Assembly: GCA_963774265.1 (NCBI GenBank)
Contig: CAVZDU010000002.1
Coordinates: 352,001 to 416,000 of the forward strand
Direction: 5' to 3'
Length of the DNA: 64,000 bases
DNA from: an uncultured Chloroflexia bacterium
Lineage (GTDB): Bacteria > Chloroflexota > Anaerolineae > CG2-30-64-16
Part shown: piece by piece, positions 59,046-64,000 of the stretch
How the letters are laid out: every line of letters starts with the position of its first letter
How positions within the stretch are numbered: position 1 is the first letter of the stretch
The notes under the pieces: model-generated
Databases searched by the model: none
Told to the model about the DNA's origin: nothing
Seen by the model: only the letters and a program-made list of their open reading frames with translations
Made by a program: the position numbers and the translations under genes

Positions 59046-59765
59046 ATGGCCGAAGAGACCGAAGACACGAGGCAAACGCGGTCAGTCGTCAATGTGTATC
59101 CGGAGGCTGAGGGACTGACCGCGGTGGAACGATTCAGCTACCGGCTGTTCATCGGCTGCGTGAGCCTTAACGCGCTGGCCGTCCTCCTTGCCTACACCCT
59201 CCTGCCCCTGCCTCAGCCGGTGCGCGAGGTGCTCGCCATCATCGACGGCCTCAACGCGGCCATCTTCCTGGTCGACTTCCTCACGCAGCTCATCACCAGC
59301 GACAACAAGGTGCGCTACTTCTTCCGCGTGGGCGGCTGGCTCGACCTTCTCGGCTGCCTGCCATTTCATCCGTGGTTCCGGTTCTTGCGCATCATACGCA
59401 GCATCCGCCTCTGGCGCCGCCTCGCCGCAACCACCCCGGTCGAAATCCGGCTGGAAGCGCAGCGGCGCCTGGCGGAGAGCAGCCTTTTCGTAGTTGCCAG
59501 CCTCGTGCTCGTCGTCGTGACGGCCGGCAGCACTGCGCTGGCCTCGATCGAGCCGCGGGCAGCCGGCGCCACCATCCGCGGGGGCAGCGATGCGGTCTGG
59601 TTTGTTTTCGCGACCATCGCCACCGTGGGCTATGGCGACACCTACCCGGTGACAGATGCCGGGCGTTTCGTCGGCGTGGTGCTCATGATCGCCGGCGTCA
59701 GTGTCTTTTCGGTTCTGACGAGCTACATCGCTTCCACATTCATGTCGAGGGGGAGAAACACATGA
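59046..59765 (+). CDS. Potassium channel, voltage-sensor type (6TM-like), no cytoplasmic regulatory domain
   Basis: S4-like RFLRIIRSIR; selectivity filter TVGYGD. Confidence 0.88.
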   Translation: MAEETEDTRQTRSVVNVYPEAEGLTAVERFSYRLFIGCVSLNALAVLLAYTLLPLPQPVREVLAIIDGLNAAIFLVDFLTQLITSDNKVRYFFRVGGWLDLLGCLPFHPWFRFLRIIRSIRLWRRLAATTPVEIRLEAQRRLAESSLFVVASLVLVVVTAGSTALASIEPRAAGATIRGGSDAVWFVFATIATVGYGDTYPVTDAGRFVGVVLMIAGVSVFSVLTSYIASTFMSRGRNT

Positions 59766-61213
59766 AAACTCGAACAGCAACGGTCCTGACATTGATCCTT
59801 ACGGCAGCCCTGAGCTTGGCCTCGTGTTATCCTGCACCCCAGGCAATGGCGCCGCCGGCAGAGTCCCAACCAGTCATCGAAACGACGGCAACCGCGGCGG
59901 CACAGGCGCCACAGGAAAGCGTGGCGGCGCCGCAAGAAACCGCGGCGATTGCCAACCCGGCGTCGCAGAACTGCATCAGCCAGGGCGGCAAACTGGAGAT
60001 CGAGGAACGCGGGGACGGTGCCGTCACGGACGGTGCCGCTGCGAGCGGCGCGCAGTTCGGCGTTTGCTATTTCGAAGACAACCTCCAATGCGAGGAATGG
60101 GCGCTCATGCGCGGTGAGTGTCCCGTGGGCGGCGTCAAGGTTACCGGTTACACCACGCCGGCCGCGCGCTACTGTGCGATCACCGGCGGGGAGTATGTCG
60201 TCACAGACAACGGCGGCCAGGCTGACGAGCAGGGCGCCTGCACGTTGAAGAACGGCTCGCAGTGCGAGGCCTGGAGCTTCTATAACGGCGAATGCCTGGC
60301 CGTCGGGGACGGCACCGTCCCCATTCCAACGCCCGCGCCGGCAAGTCCGGCCCTGCAAATCCCCATCGCCGAGGTGTGCAACGGCATGGCGCAGGCGCTG
60401 CTGGAGGCTGCGTCACGAGCCGCGACACCACCTTCATACGTCGAAGTGACCCAATCTGACGAGCCCGTTCCCCTGACCGATCCCTCGACCATGGCCAGCG
60501 GCACGGCCTGCCGCGCGACGGTCACGGGAACCGGCGCAGAGTTCGCCGGCCCGGACGCGATCGTGAAGGAGATCACCGCGGTCCTGACCGGCGGGGGCTG
60601 GGAGGAGGACATGCAGCTTGCGTCCGGTGGGCCGACCGGGATGGGATCGGGATACCGCTCCGGAGACCTGGTCTGCATCGCGGGCGCCATCTGGCACCCC
60701 GATGCCTCGGCCAACTGCCCGACCGATAAACCAATCTCCGAATGCAAGGTCACACCCGAGCAGCAGCTCTACACCATCACCATCGACTGTGCGCAGGCCA
60801 CGGCACAGATGCCGCAAGAAGGCGCCGCGATGGTCAACCCCGCGTCGCAGAACTGTATCGCACAGGGCGGCAAACTGGAGATCGAGGAGCGCGGGGACGG
60901 TGCCGTCACGGACGGTGCCGTCACGGACGGTGCCGCTGCGAGCGGCGGGCAGTTCGGAGTCTGCTATTTCGAGGACAACCGGCAGTGCGAGGAGTGGGCG
61001 CTGCTGCGGGGCGAGTGCCCCGCGGGCGGCGTCAAGGTTACCGGCTACAACACGCCCGCCGCACGCTATTGCGCGATCACGGGAGGCACGTATACCATCA
61101 CCGGCACGACCCCCGATGGCATGGAAGCCGGAGACTGCGCCTTGCCGAACGGGGAGGTCTGCTACGTCTGGCATTACTACAACAGATACTGTGGAGCGCC
61201 TGCTGGCCCCTAA
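59762..61213 (+). CDS. Cys-rich lipoprotein with DUF333 repeats
   Basis: Lipobox LAS-C; two NPASQNCI.QGG..GVC.F....CEEWAL.RGEC and PAARYC..TGG modules. Confidence 0.82.
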   Translation: MKTRTATVLTLILTAALSLASCYPAPQAMAPPAESQPVIETTATAAAQAPQESVAAPQETAAIANPASQNCISQGGKLEIEERGDGAVTDGAAASGAQFGVCYFEDNLQCEEWALMRGECPVGGVKVTGYTTPAARYCAITGGEYVVTDNGGQADEQGACTLKNGSQCEAWSFYNGECLAVGDGTVPIPTPAPASPALQIPIAEVCNGMAQALLEAASRAATPPSYVEVTQSDEPVPLTDPSTMASGTACRATVTGTGAEFAGPDAIVKEITAVLTGGGWEEDMQLASGGPTGMGSGYRSGDLVCIAGAIWHPDASANCPTDKPISECKVTPEQQLYTITIDCAQATAQMPQEGAAMVNPASQNCIAQGGKLEIEERGDGAVTDGAVTDGAAASGGQFGVCYFEDNRQCEEWALLRGECPAGGVKVTGYNTPAARYCAITGGTYTITGTTPDGMEAGDCALPNGEVCYVWHYYNRYCGAPAGP

Positions 61214-61452
61214 GGGTTGGAACGCGTCGCCGACCACCTATCTTCTCATTCCAGAAGGAGCGACGGGGGGCCGCCTTTACGCGGATGGCGCTGGCTTCCA
61301 TGTTGGCCTTCCGGGGAAGTGTGCCCGTCACGAAAATGTCAACGAACCGGGCCACAAGCTCCTCGGTGCTCAACTGCTTGCATTATGTCAGGGCCGGCTC
61401 GTTTGTCAAGCGCCGATCGACCGCCACGCATGGGCACCCTAGGCGATCCGTT

Positions 61453-61482
61453 TTGCCAAACACCGGGGGGGCATGCCATAAT
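61453..61482 (+). promoter_or_regulatory. Possible promoter of the SPFH gene
   Basis: TTGCCA-N18-CATAAT with TGc extension. Confidence 0.45.
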
Positions 61483-61526
61483 GGCTGTGTCGGTCTGCCC
61501 TATATTCTCCAACATAAGGTGAGGCA

Positions 61527-62633
61527 ATGAGAAGCTCAGGTATTCGTCCCTCTCTCAACATGAGCGTGGTACGCGCGGTCGCCATCGCGATCGTAATATT
61601 CATCGCGGTCGTGGTATTGACGAGTAGTAGTCTCTTCTACATCATGCAACGCGTCGAACAACAGGAGGTCGGCGTGCGGTTCCGCGGCGGCCGGATCGTC
61701 GACGTCGTGGGACCCGGCCTCTACACGGACGTCGGCTTCTATGTCGAGCTCAAGAAAGTGCCGAGCTCCGCTGTGCCGTTCACGGTCGAGGACGATGAAA
61801 TCATCACCCAGGACAAGCAGCGGCTGGGTTTGGTAGTGGCGGGCGATATTTTCCGGCCCAATCTCTCTCAAGGCGACATCCTCAAGGCAAACTGGGCCCA
61901 GTACAGCGAACTGTACTTGCAGGAGCCCATCCTCCAGAATCGGGTGGAGGGTCTGGCGCGCCAGGCGATGAAAGTCTGCATCGGCGAGCGCACGTTCAAC
62001 GACAACGTGATCGGCACGGCCCGAGACGTATTGCGCGAGTGCATCGACACGGAGCTGAGCCGGTTGGCGGAGAACTATGGCCTGCAGATATCAAACGTGG
62101 TCGTGCCCAATATCATCCTGTCTGCCGAAGCTCAAGCGGTCCTGGACGCGATCACCCAGAGCCGGCTCAATACGGAGAAGGCCGCGCAAGACCGACTGAA
62201 GGCCGAGGCCGAAGCCTCGGCCGAGCAAGCACGCCAACAAGGTGAAGTGCGCGTGGCGCAGAGCCGGGTCCAGGAGGAAGCGCGGCAGCAGACCAGTTTG
62301 GCGCAATTAGAGAAGGAGCGAGCTCAGGCGCAAAATGCAGTGATTGAGGCACAAAAGGCCAACGAGCTGTTGACCGCTCAACGCGACTTCGAGATCAGCC
62401 AGGCACGGGCGCGGGCGGCTGCGGAACAAGCGAAGGCGGACTTAGCGCCCGAGATTGCGAAGGCTCAACTCTATGAGACGAACCCAGCCTATGTAGCGCT
62501 GCAGACTGCCTTGGCGAACGCGAACGCTTTCAAGGCGACAGATAAGTTAATCTTCACGCCCCTGGGGACAGTACCCACGATCATCGTGCCGGGGCCTGGC
62601 GTGCAGCCGACAGTGAACACCTCGCCGCAATAG
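61527..62633 (+). CDS. SPFH/Band 7 domain protein with coiled-coil
   Basis: N-terminal TM helix, RV...EVGV.FRGG..GPGL, ITQDKQ, YGLQI..V, Ala/Glu/Gln-rich coil. Confidence 0.82.
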   Translation: MRSSGIRPSLNMSVVRAVAIAIVIFIAVVVLTSSSLFYIMQRVEQQEVGVRFRGGRIVDVVGPGLYTDVGFYVELKKVPSSAVPFTVEDDEIITQDKQRLGLVVAGDIFRPNLSQGDILKANWAQYSELYLQEPILQNRVEGLARQAMKVCIGERTFNDNVIGTARDVLRECIDTELSRLAENYGLQISNVVVPNIILSAEAQAVLDAITQSRLNTEKAAQDRLKAEAEASAEQARQQGEVRVAQSRVQEEARQQTSLAQLEKERAQAQNAVIEAQKANELLTAQRDFEISQARARAAAEQAKADLAPEIAKAQLYETNPAYVALQTALANANAFKATDKLIFTPLGTVPTIIVPGPGVQPTVNTSPQ

Positions 62634-62635
62634 AA

Positions 62636-63112
62636 TCAGGCGAAGGGGTCGATGCCGAACAACGTGCTGTACAGCGCCTTGCATTCAATTGTTGCACCCA
62701 TCGCCGCTGCGAGCGACGCAACTTCGACCAGGCCATCCCGACACAAGGGGTGGCCTGCGCCGATGATGTAGGTGAACCAGCGCAACATCTTGGACTTCCA
62801 ATGACTATCTTTCGAAGCCGCGCGCGTGAAGCAGATGGCCATCAGTTCCGACTCGTCATCTGAGTCATCGGTCATCTCGTCGTAACGATCGAGGACGCGG
62901 AGATAGTCACCAGGAGAGAGGACGCGCTCAATCAGGCGTTCAGCAACGCAGCTGCGGCGTGGATCGACCAGAGCGACTGTGTCTATGAGGATCAACTCCA
63001 GGAGCTGTTCATCAAGCCGTTCCTTCGGAAACGGCATAGCCAGTCGATCCTGCAATTCGGGCACGTGTCGAGTGATTATCCGGCTGGGACTTGGCCGTTG
63101 TGATTCGGGCAT
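62636..63112 (-). CDS. Hypothetical protein
   Basis: 158-aa ORF filling the gap between convergent SPFH and divergent mocA; no family recognised. Confidence 0.45.
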   Translation of the reverse strand: MPESQRPSPSRIITRHVPELQDRLAMPFPKERLDEQLLELILIDTVALVDPRRSCVAERLIERVLSPGDYLRVLDRYDEMTDDSDDESELMAICFTRAASKDSHWKSKMLRWFTYIIGAGHPLCRDGLVEVASLAAAMGATIECKALYSTLFGIDPFA

Positions 63113-63245
63113 CGGTGCACCTAATTGACACAAATAGACGACGGATAGCTTTATAGCACACTCTAAAATAAAATGCAAGTCCCATTGGGCACAAACTACT
63201 GCACATGGTGTAAGCAATGTTGATACACACAATATGCGGGCATCG

Positions 63246-63839
63246 ATGACCACTTCTCAGTGTGTTGCCGCAATAGTAGTTGCCGCTGGACTCTCCCGCC
63301 GTATGGGCGCCTTCAAACTGACGTTGCCATGGGAAGGCGCGACCGTCATCGAACAAGTCGTCTCGACCCTTAGTTCCGCACCACTATGCGAAATCGTCGT
63401 CGTCACGGGTCACCGTGGCGAGGAAGTCCAAAAAGCCCTGGAAAACGCCCCCATTCGCTGCGTTCCAAACCCGCGGTACGAGACCGGTGAGATGTTAAGT
63501 TCAATCCAGGCCGGCCTGGCTGCTATTACGGAAGGCGTCGACGCCGCGCTGGTCTGTCTCGGCGATCAGCCACAAATGGAGATCGCCACCGTCCTGGCTC
63601 TGCTGAGAGAGGCAGAGCACACCGGTTGGCGCAGAGTCATCATTCCGAGTTATGATATGCGCGCTGGTCATCCTATTCTACTGCCGAGACTGCTTTGGAT
63701 GCAAATAATGAATACATCAGAAAGCTTACGGTCCGTGTTACGAGCGAACAGAGATCTGGTAGACTATCTCGCCCTTGACACGCCAAGCATCCTGGCTGAC
63801 CTGGACACACCCGACGACTATCAACAAGCCAAACCTTGA
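63246..63839 (+). CDS. mocA: Molybdenum cofactor cytidylyltransferase (MocA/YgfJ-like)
   Basis: AAGLSRRMG.FKL.L, NP.Y..GEMLSSI..GL, LGDQP, GHPIL, DLDTPDDY. Confidence 0.82.
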   Translation: MTTSQCVAAIVVAAGLSRRMGAFKLTLPWEGATVIEQVVSTLSSAPLCEIVVVTGHRGEEVQKALENAPIRCVPNPRYETGEMLSSIQAGLAAITEGVDAALVCLGDQPQMEIATVLALLREAEHTGWRRVIIPSYDMRAGHPILLPRLLWMQIMNTSESLRSVLRANRDLVDYLALDTPSILADLDTPDDYQQAKP

Positions 63840-63860
63840 CTCAACGGAGATGATAAGATC

Positions 63861-64000
63861 ATGCGTCTGAGCAAACTCTTCGGCCGCACATTGCGTGAGG
63901 CGCCGACTGACGTCGAAGGCATTGGTCACCAGCTGCTGGTGCGTGCGGCGTTCGTGCGCAGCTTTGGCGCGGGACGATATGCGTATCTTCCGCTGGGACA
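63861..64000 (+). CDS. proS: Prolyl-tRNA synthetase N-terminus (runs off the window)
   Basis: [31 protein letters not shown]...AG.YAYLPLG. Confidence 0.85.
   Translation, partial: MRLSKLFGRTLREAPTDVEGIGHQLLVRAAFVRSFGAGRYAYLPLG

Overview
High-GC bacterial DNA; gene content and style suggest Chloroflexota/Anaerolineae (inference). Many single-base indels split genes, consistent with an uncorrected long-read assembly. From 1 to 39 kb the window is a nucleobase/N-heterocycle catabolic supercluster: a 5'-nucleotidase, three different xanthine-oxidase-family Mo-hydroxylases with accessory genes (CoxD/E/G, YqeB, and MocA at 63 kb), a Na+-pumping acyl-CoA decarboxylase (mmdADCB order) tightly coupled to a YahF/YahG-type pair, a second FdrA/YlbE-type pair, two cyclase-family amidohydrolases, a C-N hydrolase, a class III CoA-transferase and a UraA-type NCS2 permease. 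The best candidate for an undescribed system is an energy-conserving oxidative pyrimidine pathway (uracil/thymine -> barbiturate -> ureidomalonate -> (methyl)malonyl-CoA -> Na+ pumping). Two tRNA-Ser genes bracket the first Mo-hydroxylase operon. From 39 to 64 kb there are paralogous repeat lipoproteins, a PPi-type PFK, and a two-component system followed by a long run of exported hydrolases with unusual fusions and a duplicated RBS/signal-peptide cassette. The window ends with an SPFH protein, mocA and the start of proS.
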